Virus record (IMG/VR): IMGVR_UViG_3300045988_125828
Location: 1-64,000 of that record
Strand: one strand, 5' to 3'
Source of the DNA: a virus
DNA: 64,000 nt
The stretch's first letter is position 1; the number at the start of each line of letters is the position of its first letter. The notes under the pieces are model-generated. The model searched no databases and was not told where the DNA came from. It saw only the letters and a list, made by a program, of their open reading frames with translations. Both the position numbers and the translations under genes were made by a program. Below, one piece after another: positions 44,423 to 51,933 of the stretch.

Positions 44423-44495
44423 CAAATATACAACTACTTGATAATAAAACAAGTAATTTTCTAAAAAATAGGGGTAAAATTTAGAAAATAGGTGA
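44423..44495. promoter_or_regulatory. primase promoter (-7 box on minus strand) plus inverted motif ATTTTCTA-N18-TAGAAAATAGGTGA
   Basis: CAAATATA at 44423-44430, ATTTTCTA at 44456-44463, TAGAAAATAGGTGA at 44482-44495. Confidence 0.45.
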
Positions 44496-44659
44496 TTTTT
44501 TAGAGAATAACGGGAGTTATTGAAAAAATACGGCTTTTTTTGAATGTAAAACATCTTTACAAATGAGGGAAATTGGACGAAAAATGGGGGAAAATAAAAA
44601 TTTTTAGGGGTGGTGATTGCATCCGATATTCTTACATATAATAGGGGTGGGGTGGGGTG
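44465..44659 (+). repeat. iteron-like array: eight A-tract + G-run units (AAAATAGGGG type), ending in GGGGTGGGGTGGGG
   Basis: Units at 44465, 44485, 44503, 44525, 44561, 44581, 44601 and 44638. Spacings are about 20 nt or multiples of it. Confidence 0.6.
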
Positions 44660-45200
44660 TTTTCTACGTGGTTGTGTATGGTGTATTGTTGATTATCAAT
44701 GTGTTATAGTTTATATTATTGCTATAATATAAAGTTGTAATATCATTACAAAAGAGGATAATTTCCCGAATATCACAAAAGCTCCAAAATGGACGTAATT
44801 CATTGATTGTCAACCAAATACCACAATATCATTAATCTACAACTACAACATAACCATATAATCACCTATTAATCAATGAGTTATGCATATATTTCAAATC
44901 TCCCTATACCCCCGTACCCCTGTTATAAATAATATCTATAAATTAATTATCAGCAATAGATAAAATCTATTATAAGGCTATGCTTGTTGATCCAGTTATT
45001 ATATACTTATACGTTCGTATGCTATAATGTCCCTATATACCCTATTATTTAGTATTATATACTTACATTTGTATATGTGTATTATTATGTTTGTATATTG
45101 CTGTAAATCAGTGTATTATAACGTTATATTTAATGCTATAAAACATACTTATTTTATTGAAATATTTTGCTATTTTCTTTGCCGTTCCAAATATAATTCG

Positions 45201-45401
45201 TATATTTGTAATGTAAGAAAGAGGTAAACATAAAGCCTTTAATCTTATAAGCGTTGTTTATATGATGAGATATAAAAGAACCTGCTAACACTGGGAATGC
45301 TAACAGGTTCAAAGAAGGGAATAACTTAGATAAGTACCCCCCCCAACAGGAAAGGCAAAGGTACTTATCTTGGTTTAAACTTCCAAATTATCCGCTTATA
45401 A
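45201..45401 (+). promoter_or_regulatory. promoter (TATATTTG 45201-45208) and structured leader
   Basis: TTATAAGCG (45245-45253) pairs with CGCTTATAA (45393-45401). AACCTG pairs with CAGGTT (45279-45309). AGATAAGTACC pairs with GGTACTTATCT (45328-45370), with a C8 run in the loop. Confidence 0.4.
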
Positions 45402-45452
45402 AATTTAGACGCTGTAATAAAGTTGAATTATAAACATTTAAATATTACAGTT

Positions 45453-45848
45453 ATGAAGACATTAGAAAGTATCTTTTCAGAGATTAAAGAAGCTGGTGTA
45501 ATCACTAAGAGACAAATACAGTTGCTGAAAAGCCGTTCCAACAGACAACAAAAGGATGTTATAGATTACGCTTGGTTAGAAAGTATCGGAGATGGTTACG
45601 GTATTCCGTTGACGGAGGAACAAGGCATACAGGGGTTGAACTGGTTAAAGAATTTCATCAAGAAGAACGGAGAAAGTAACGTTCTTGGATATAGAGAGCT
45701 TAATATAATTAATAGTGCTTCTCCTTGTGATTTTGTTTTCAAAGGGTTTTACGATGCCGGTAACGGCTGGGTTAGAATTTTTCTCCCTATCTACCAGCTT
45801 AACGGAATGGAATATATTCCCATGAAAGAACCTTATATCATAGGATAA
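45453..45848 (+). CDS. hypothetical protein (131 aa)
   Basis: ATG 45453 within track ORF 45423..45848. Confidence 0.65.
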   Translation: MKTLESIFSEIKEAGVITKRQIQLLKSRSNRQQKDVIDYAWLESIGDGYGIPLTEEQGIQGLNWLKNFIKKNGESNVLGYRELNIINSASPCDFVFKGFYDAGNGWVRIFLPIYQLNGMEYIPMKEPYIIG

Positions 45849-45909
45849 TAATAGGGATAACAAGTACCACTCTATCAAAACCATTTATTCACACTAAAAA
45901 AACAATGTT

Positions 45910-46629
45910 ATGAAGACAAATATACTTTCTTATACAGCATCGAAAAACTACGTAGAAAACGGAACTACTTACAGAATTGACGTGAAAATACAACTTACAG
46001 ACGAATGCAAGAACGGCGTATGCCATTGGAGTATAACGGCGGACATATACGGAAAGAGGCAAAACGGGCGTTTCGTTTGGTGCTCTGGCGGTTGCTGCCA
46101 CAATGAGATATCAAAGCATTTCCCGGAATTTTCAAAGTTCGTAGCCCTTCATTTGTCCGACTGTTACGGCGCGCCTCTTTATGCGGTTGAAAACGGTTAC
46201 TATCACATGAAGAACAGCAGCAAAGAAACTGTTATTGACTATTTACGCGTAACAGAAGAAGAATATAACGTGCTACATAATGCATATGATGAAAATCACT
46301 TCAAATACTTGCTTTATTCGATTGGAGTTGTTAGCAGATGGAACGAAGAAGCGAAAGCGGCTATTAAAGAACTGGAAGCGTTAACGGGTAATGAGTGGGT
46401 AAACCCTTACGAATACGACAAGGAGCGCAAACACATAGAGGCTTTCACAGATGAAGAAGCCGCCGAATTTAACGAAAGAATAGAATCAGGTTATTATACA
46501 CCTGAAGCAATACAGGCGCGCAAGAAAGCAGAATCGCGCAGGGCATACGAGGTTAAACGCGCGGAAATTATTTCAGACTATGAAAAGAAGGTTTCAAGGC
46601 TGGAAGAAGGAAAAACGGTTAAACTATAA
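45910..46629 (+). CDS. hypothetical protein (239 aa)
   Basis: Track ORF with a Cys cluster (CSGGCCHNE). Confidence 0.7.
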   Translation: MKTNILSYTASKNYVENGTTYRIDVKIQLTDECKNGVCHWSITADIYGKRQNGRFVWCSGGCCHNEISKHFPEFSKFVALHLSDCYGAPLYAVENGYYHMKNSSKETVIDYLRVTEEEYNVLHNAYDENHFKYLLYSIGVVSRWNEEAKAAIKELEALTGNEWVNPYEYDKERKHIEAFTDEEAAEFNERIESGYYTPEAIQARKKAESRRAYEVKRAEIISDYEKKVSRLEEGKTVKL

Positions 46630-46747
46630 TGTTTGCACCGGGAAACCGTCCGATTCGGAGTGCATTTCATGGAGTTATGAAAATCTGGATGACGCGATAG
46701 TAACCGCTACGGAGTTTTTTAACAATTACACTAATATAAAATTTTAA
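46580..46747 (+). CDS. possible overlapping small ORF (55 aa)
   Basis: The +1 frame relative to the previous gene: MKRRFQGWKKEKRLNYNVCTGKPSDSECISWSYENLDDAIVTATEFFNNYTNIKF. Confidence 0.3.
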   Translation: MKRRFQGWKKEKRLNYNVCTGKPSDSECISWSYENLDDAIVTATEFFNNYTNIKF

Positions 46748-46751
46748 AGAC

Positions 46752-46955
46752 ATGAGAACAAAAACACAGCTTTCAAATTTTAACTTCCAGTTTTCCGGAT
46801 ACGGGCATTATAGAGTATCTTATACAAGTCCGGCAACCGGCAAGCAATGGAGTACGGTAATTGATGATATGACATTGATAGACTCTACCAGGAATGCGGA
46901 CGAGCCGAAACGGAAAGATTTGGAAGCGTTGAAACGATTATGTAAGGATAATTAA
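46752..46955 (+). CDS. hypothetical protein (67 aa)
   Basis: Track ORF. Confidence 0.6.
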   Translation: MRTKTQLSNFNFQFSGYGHYRVSYTSPATGKQWSTVIDDMTLIDSTRNADEPKRKDLEALKRLCKDN

Positions 46956-46968
46956 AAGACATACGATT

Positions 46969-47265
46969 ATGGCAAAGACATTAAAGCAGTTAAGCGATCA
47001 GCGAGAGAGATTTAATAAGCTGTGGAAATATGCGAGCAATAACACAAGGCGGCTTGCGAAAAAGGTTTGGACAATGAGATATCAAGAAGTTCATAAAACT
47101 TGTGATTGCGGGCAATATTCGAATAATATGCCCGGCGGATTCTTCCCTGATTACGCAGTACATTACGCTGCTAAGATTAACGGAGGGAAAGCAACGGAAT
47201 ATTACGACGGCTTTAAGCTTGATAAAATTGCATCCGACATATTTAATAGGGTGGCAATGTTTTAA
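46969..47265 (+). CDS. hypothetical protein (98 aa)
   Basis: Track ORF. Confidence 0.6.
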   Translation: MAKTLKQLSDQRERFNKLWKYASNNTRRLAKKVWTMRYQEVHKTCDCGQYSNNMPGGFFPDYAVHYAAKINGGKATEYYDGFKLDKIASDIFNRVAMF

Positions 47266-47293
47266 TTGATTTTCAAATTAAAAACAAAAGATT

Positions 47294-47497
47294 ATGAAAA
47301 AGATTACTCTGTTTGTAAAAGAGATAGGATCCGTCAACCGTTATTCCCTGTTAGGGAGGCTGAAAAGTGACTGTGAATACTTTTTAGGCTACGGAAACCG
47401 TTTTGAAAGATGCCTCTGGGCCGGGAATGTATCGGAGCATATATGGTGCATGAAAGTATTATACTACTTACTGCCTATTAACGGAAAGCCCGACTAG
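47294..47497 (+). CDS. hypothetical protein (67 aa)
   Basis: Track ORF. Confidence 0.55.
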   Translation: MKKITLFVKEIGSVNRYSLLGRLKSDCEYFLGYGNRFERCLWAGNVSEHIWCMKVLYYLLPINGKPD

Positions 47498-47585
47498 TTA
47501 TCAATGGCAGATATATTGAATTACGAAAAGCAAATGAAAAGCAGTATTTAATAAACGAATAGTTTAAAATAAGGAGGAGTAGACT

Positions 47586-47726
47586 ATGTATTTAGGCTTT
47601 ATACTTTGGGCGATAATTTTAGTTGTGATCGTGTGGAATACTAACCCGGCACTGGTTATTATATCCGCTGTGATAGGGGTTGTGTTTGCGATTGCAAAAA
47701 CAACAGATAATAAACCAAAAGAGTGA
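47586..47726 (+). CDS. 46-aa membrane peptide (2 TM segments)
   Basis: AAGGAGG lies 7 nt upstream. MYLGFILWAIILVVIVWNTNPALVIISAVIGVVFAIAKTTDNKPKE. Confidence 0.5.
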   Translation: MYLGFILWAIILVVIVWNTNPALVIISAVIGVVFAIAKTTDNKPKE

Positions 47727-47727
47727 T

Positions 47728-48570
47728 ATGGAAACATTAAAGGACGTTTTTTTGAAAAAATACCCGCAATACGGAAAGGTGCTGCGGGTATATGAAGAGG
47801 TTAACGAAACGGAGTGCACCTTCGAGAGTATTACAAAACCAAGGTTGTACAACTTTGTTCAGGCTCTTAATGACAGGCTGGCAACAAACAGTGCTAAAAC
47901 CTATTGCGCTATGTTTAAATCGGTTCTTAACCTGTACAGCGATATGTATTCTTTCCCGAAAGGCTTTGAAGCTATATTAACCCTGAAGAAGGACGCAACG
48001 CAAAGTACATGGTTAACGGATGAAGAGATCAAAAAACTACTCTCATACGATCCGGTTAATGATACAGAACGGATAGTGAAAAACTGTTTTCTTCTCGGTT
48101 GCCTGACAGGTGCAAGACATTCGGACTACGTATGTTTTACAGAGGACAATATAATAGACGGACGACTGGTTTATATTTCCCAAAAAACGAAAACGAAAGC
48201 GGAAATTCCGGCGGCTCCGGCTGTGTTACGGATATTAGAGGAAAACAAAAGATACGACATTAGCCAACGTAAGCTGTCTGATGTGACATTTAATGATACG
48301 ATAAGGAGTATATGCCGGAAGTGTGGAATAAACCAACGAATAAAACTGTATCAGGCGGGCGAATATGCAACCGGGGAAAAGTGGGAGTTTATTTCCTCGC
48401 ATTCAGCGCGGAAGTCTTGCGCAACAAACTTATATCTAAGGGGAGCGGATCTGTATTCTATCAGCCGGATGTTAGGACACTCCAGTGTAACCATGACAGA
48501 AACGTATATTTGTTGCGGGCTGCGTGAATTGTCAGATAAGATAATGAGCTATTTCAACGGGTTTAAATAA
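47728..48570 (+). CDS. tyrosine recombinase (280 aa, XerC/D-size)
   Basis: LTGARHSDY, HSARKSCATNL, LGHSSVTMTETY (R..H-x-x-R..H..Y). ATG 47728 within the track ORF. Confidence 0.8.
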   Translation: METLKDVFLKKYPQYGKVLRVYEEVNETECTFESITKPRLYNFVQALNDRLATNSAKTYCAMFKSVLNLYSDMYSFPKGFEAILTLKKDATQSTWLTDEEIKKLLSYDPVNDTERIVKNCFLLGCLTGARHSDYVCFTEDNIIDGRLVYISQKTKTKAEIPAAPAVLRILEENKRYDISQRKLSDVTFNDTIRSICRKCGINQRIKLYQAGEYATGEKWEFISSHSARKSCATNLYLRGADLYSISRMLGHSSVTMTETYICCGLRELSDKIMSYFNGFK

Positions 48571-48650
48571 TATGCTTTAAAACATACTGTATAAGATGAA
48601 TTAAAGAGAGATAAACGGTATTTTTGCAAACAATTTTAAAAAAAAAGGTT

Positions 48651-48851
48651 ATGAAAACTTACGATGTACACTTCAACGACGCTAACGACTCTAATAGCAA
48701 AGGGTTTAATGAATCATTTGAGTACTGCAAAAATTATATAGAAACCTATAACGGTACCAATGAATCCTATTTCGAGGACTACAAGGGAGGAATCGTATCG
48801 ATCGTGTGTAATGAAACCGGAGAAGAGGTTTATTCGGAGGATATAAGATAG
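48651..48851 (+). CDS. hypothetical acidic protein (66 aa)
   Basis: ATG 48651, preceded by the -7 box TATTTTTG (48619-48626). Confidence 0.55.
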   Translation: MKTYDVHFNDANDSNSKGFNESFEYCKNYIETYNGTNESYFEDYKGGIVSIVCNETGEEVYSEDIR

Positions 48852-49110
48852 AATAGAGCAAGAAAGTAGATACGCATACGACGAGGAAAGCGTAAAACAT
48901 ATTGTGCACTGGGCTTTGACTGCCCAACTGCCTGCGCAAATCCAGTTGAGCGAATCGGAGAGCATATTTGATGTTAAGAAGTACATACAGGCGAACATAA
49001 ACGACATAAACCAACATTTTCCGGATCCATTTTACAACCCGGCAATTGATAGGCTGTACAGGTTGAAGGAATTTTCGGAGAAATCGCAATTTTGAAACGA
49101 ACATTTACAC

Positions 49111-49162
49111 ACAGCCCGGCGAACGATTTTAGATCCTTATTAAACTTGTTCCTCCGGGCTGT
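49111..49162. terminator. hairpin downstream of the integrase gene
   Basis: ACAGCCCGG (49111-49119) pairs with CCGGGCTGT (49154-49162). Confidence 0.4.
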
Positions 49163-49166
49163 TGAA

Positions 49167-50300
49167 TTACAATTTACTGTCCATCTTTTCAAATTCTTCT
49201 TGTACGGATTTGTTTAGCACTTTTGCATAAATCTGTGTAGTCTTTATATCTGTATGTCCCATCATTTTTGCAAGGTTTTCGATTGATACCCCCATATTCA
49301 ATGCCATAACCGCAAAACTATGCCGGGCCATGTGTGAATGAAGGCTTTGCTTTATCCTTGCAAGCTCCTGAATGACTTTTAGTCTTAAATTATACTGGTA
49401 GTTGCTTATCACAGGTAGTTTGAAGTCATATTTTTGTAAAATCTCCATTGCGGGCTTAAGAAGCATCAGGAAATATTCCTCTTCTGTCTTTACCCTTATG
49501 TCTCTTATGAAAAACTTGTTTCCTTTCTTGATCACACCGCTAAAATCGAAGTTGAACAAGTCAGCATAAGACAAACCCGTAAAACATTGAAATATGAACA
49601 AGTCCCTTACCCGTTCGATGCTCTCTGATGCTATTTCTAAGCCTTGTATTCGCTTTATCTGTTCTAAGGTGAGGTATTTTATGCCCTCGCTCTTTCCGCG
49701 CTCAAATTTAAGCTTATTGTACGGGTTGTCTTTCAGTAAATCATATTTGATTGCTTCGTTTATATACCTTTTCAGTCGCTTATGATAGCCATGTATAGTA
49801 GTCTGCTTGTTATACTTCCCATGTAGGAAATTGTCATAGTGCATTATATTGGCCGTTGTGATGTCTGTGAAATAGACGATCCGACCGAACTCTTCCAGGG
49901 ATGTTATTAAGGAGGCATGTGTATTTAACGTTCCTCGTCTAAGGTCGGTTCTTTCGCTCACTCTCCGTTTTATGAAATCTATAAAGCTTTCTTTTGTTTG
50001 GGAATACTTTAAAAAGTGTTCCAGCTTATCAAAACTGAAAGGTTCTTTGTTTTTTACCAACCCGTTTATGAACTCGTTGATGTTCCGCATTTGCGTATCG
50101 AGCCTTTCGTTGAGATCTAAAGACTGGACGGTATTCTTGACTTTTGTCTTTTCGCTCCATTGATCGGAATACAACCGAACGCCTGTACTTAACCATTTTC
50201 TTTTCCGTTCAAACAAAATTTCTATTTGAACGGTTCCTTTTGTTGTCTTGCTTGCCGTATGTTTACGGTCAAAAACAAACCTTAATACTGGATACTTCAT
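49167..50300 (-). CDS. int: tyrosine integrase (377 aa, Bacteroidota CTnDOT/NBU-like type)
   Basis: HMARHSFAVMAL...GHTDIKTTQIYAKV. Box I reads FTGLSYADL (Ser where Arg I is usual). Confidence 0.85.
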   Translation of the reverse strand: MKYPVLRFVFDRKHTASKTTKGTVQIEILFERKRKWLSTGVRLYSDQWSEKTKVKNTVQSLDLNERLDTQMRNINEFINGLVKNKEPFSFDKLEHFLKYSQTKESFIDFIKRRVSERTDLRRGTLNTHASLITSLEEFGRIVYFTDITTANIMHYDNFLHGKYNKQTTIHGYHKRLKRYINEAIKYDLLKDNPYNKLKFERGKSEGIKYLTLEQIKRIQGLEIASESIERVRDLFIFQCFTGLSYADLFNFDFSGVIKKGNKFFIRDIRVKTEEEYFLMLLKPAMEILQKYDFKLPVISNYQYNLRLKVIQELARIKQSLHSHMARHSFAVMALNMGVSIENLAKMMGHTDIKTTQIYAKVLNKSVQEEFEKMDSKL

Positions 50301-50315
50301 AATTTGAAAGATTTG

Positions 50316-50382
50316 GTATCACACAAGGGTATCACATTTGTATCACATTTCGTGAAATAGAATGAAATAGAATGAACTAAAA
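50316..50382. repeat. GTATCACA x3 (plus a 4th copy at 50559), then three tandem 10-bp units (GAAATAGAAT x2, GAACTAAAAT) upstream of int
   Basis: GTATCACA copies at 50316, 50329 and 50340. Tandem 10-mers at 50353-50382. Confidence 0.8.
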
Positions 50383-50443
50383 TGAAACAACATTAGCGGT
50401 GTGTTTGTTCTCCTAAATCATTGATTATTACGTAAAACGCTGA

Positions 50444-50480
50444 TAATAAACAAAAAGGGACTACATTTTTGTAATCCCTT
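50444..50480 (-). terminator. intrinsic terminator after the HTH gene
   Basis: Minus strand reads AAGGGATTAC-aaaaat-GTAGTCCCTT followed by TTTGTTTATT. Confidence 0.5.
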
Positions 50481-50561
50481 GCTGTGATCCGCTTGGGATT
50501 AATTTATATTATATAATTTATTGGTTATCAATGTTATAATTGCTATAAAACAACTGTGGTA

Positions 50562-50891
50562 TCACATTAGTATCTTTTTTATGGCTTCAATCTTCTCTTC
50601 AAGCTTAGATTGTTCGTCTATCATCTCTCCTTTTCCTGTACACAGCCATTTCACATTCAGCATCGGAAAGACTTCGGATATGTTTGCTATCACGTCACTT
50701 CCTATTGAACCTTTCCCTCTACCCTTTTTGTCGGAATTAGAAATATACGCATTTCCGATATTGCAATACTGCTCGAATGAATTAAGTCCTTTCACCACTC
50801 CCAGTTCGCTTCGAGCATATTCGGCGAATATTTTCAATCTGTCTATTGCCCTTTCTTTTTGTTCTGTATTATTTTTTGTATTAGTTTTCAT
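50562..50891 (-). CDS. HTH transcriptional regulator (repressor-like)
   Basis: C-terminal part of the HTH reads NVKWLCTGKGEM, the W/Y-L-x-T-G-x-G-x-M signature common in Bacteroidota XRE-like regulators. Same strand as int. Confidence 0.55.
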   Translation of the reverse strand: MKTNTKNNTEQKERAIDRLKIFAEYARSELGVVKGLNSFEQYCNIGNAYISNSDKKGRGKGSIGSDVIANISEVFPMLNVKWLCTGKGEMIDEQSKLEEKIEAIKKILM

Positions 50892-51041
50892 TTAAAGTAT
50901 TCATTTATAATGTTATCTCTGTATTTTGTGATAAATCTGCTTTATATTGCCATGTTTAATAACATGTTTGCTTTTTAAACATTTGTAAAATAATAGTGTT
51001 ATAAAAAGACCTAACTATCAATTTTAAAAAAAATAAGCAAT

Positions 51042-51248
51042 ATGGAAGAAGTCAACCTTTCTGTACTCCGTTTAATGGAGCAGAGTAAACTTATTGCGCA
51101 ACAATTATTGCGCGTATCTGAGGACCTTGAATTAGCACACGAGAAAATATCCATATTGGAGCGAGATTTTGAAAATTACAAATTCATGTCGCAACACAAG
51201 CGCTCAACCAAAATGAGCATATTACATCCAAAGGCGACGGGGATGTAA
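51042..51248 (+). CDS. hypothetical coiled-coil protein (68 aa)
   Basis: Track ORF between the two repressor-like genes. Confidence 0.5.
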   Translation: MEEVNLSVLRLMEQSKLIAQQLLRVSEDLELAHEKISILERDFENYKFMSQHKRSTKMSILHPKATGM

Positions 51249-51286
51249 AGATTCGGGGGCAAGCTCTATATTTATAGGGTTTGTCC

Positions 51287-51745
51287 TTATGCTGTTTTTT
51301 GCTTTTTTATTACAACCCTTACATCTTCAAGAGCCTTATTAAGTTCTCCGTCTGCTTTTACGATAGTTTCTTCAAGTTTTTCAAACTCACTCTTAAGGTT
51401 CTTGAATAGCCTTTCATACCTTAAAACTGTTGTTTTGTGCAGCCTTGAAAGCTCATCATAGGTAAGCGATACATCACTGTCATCCTCTTTCCTTTCTTCG
51501 GATAAAGCGCTAATTTCGTTTTCGAGAAACATTGATCCTCTACCGGTAAGAATATAGTTGGCGTTGACTTGGGGATAGGATTCGCAAAGCTGAATTATTA
51601 TATCACCAGATATAGCCTTAGTAACTCCTTTTTTGTAATGGGATATTTTAGCTTGTGCATTTTTCAAGCCACAATCAAATTCAAGTACGTATGGGCTAAT
51701 CTTTAGACCTTTCATAACCTCTAAAAAGCGTTCACTTGTAGTCAT
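51287..51745 (-). CDS. HTH transcriptional regulator (repressor-like) with C-terminal coiled coil
   Basis: NANYILTGRGSMF signature. Divergent from the early operon. Confidence 0.55.
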   Translation of the reverse strand: MTTSERFLEVMKGLKISPYVLEFDCGLKNAQAKISHYKKGVTKAISGDIIIQLCESYPQVNANYILTGRGSMFLENEISALSEERKEDDSDVSLTYDELSRLHKTTVLRYERLFKNLKSEFEKLEETIVKADGELNKALEDVRVVIKKQKTA

Positions 51746-51785
51746 AGTATAATATTTTAAATTATTTATACCTAAAATATGTCAT

Positions 51786-51810
51786 ACTATAAAATATTAT
51801 AGTATCTTTG
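51786..51810 (+). promoter_or_regulatory. operator-like palindrome ACTATAAAATATTATAGT overlapping the -7 box TATCTTTG
   Basis: Palindrome at 51786-51803, -7 box at 51803-51810. The same palindrome type occurs twice at 54218-54265. Confidence 0.5.
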
Positions 51811-51815
51811 CACCC

Positions 51816-51919
51816 GTTGCAAGTCAAGCGGCAACAGATACATGATTAAACAATCGCCCTAACGTGGGCCTCTCTATATGGAAATCCGTTGCCGCTTGAC
51901 TTTAGCAACGGATTTTTTT
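51816..51919 (+). promoter_or_regulatory. transcription attenuator (alternative anti-terminator / terminator helices)
   Basis: AAGTCAAGCGGCAAC (51821-51835) pairs with GTTGCCGCTTGACTT (51888-51902). This competes with AAATCCGTTGC (51882-51892) pairing with GCAACGGATTT (51905-51915), which is followed by a T-run. Confidence 0.5.
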
Positions 51920-51933
51920 GTTTATGTAAATAT

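Noticed and set aside
44351-45227. Track ORFs 44351..44554 (-) and 45027..45227 (+) in the AT-rich region
   Set aside because: Their translations are low-complexity, AT-driven (Y, F, N, I, K-rich). They lie in the iteron/promoter region and have no RBS-like sequence. I consider the region non-coding.
48852-49166. Prophage/host junction or tRNA-derived att core next to the integrase
   Set aside because: I could not find host-type genes or a tRNA-matching segment here. Both sides of the integrase look phage-derived, consistent with a circular or permuted phage sequence. att assignment needs external data.
44465-50382. CRISPR array among the repeat clusters (iterons at 44.5 kb, 10-bp tandem repeats at 50.35 kb)
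   Set aside because: The repeat units are 8-10 nt and degenerate, without the regular 25-40 nt repeats and unique spacers of a CRISPR array. No cas genes are present.
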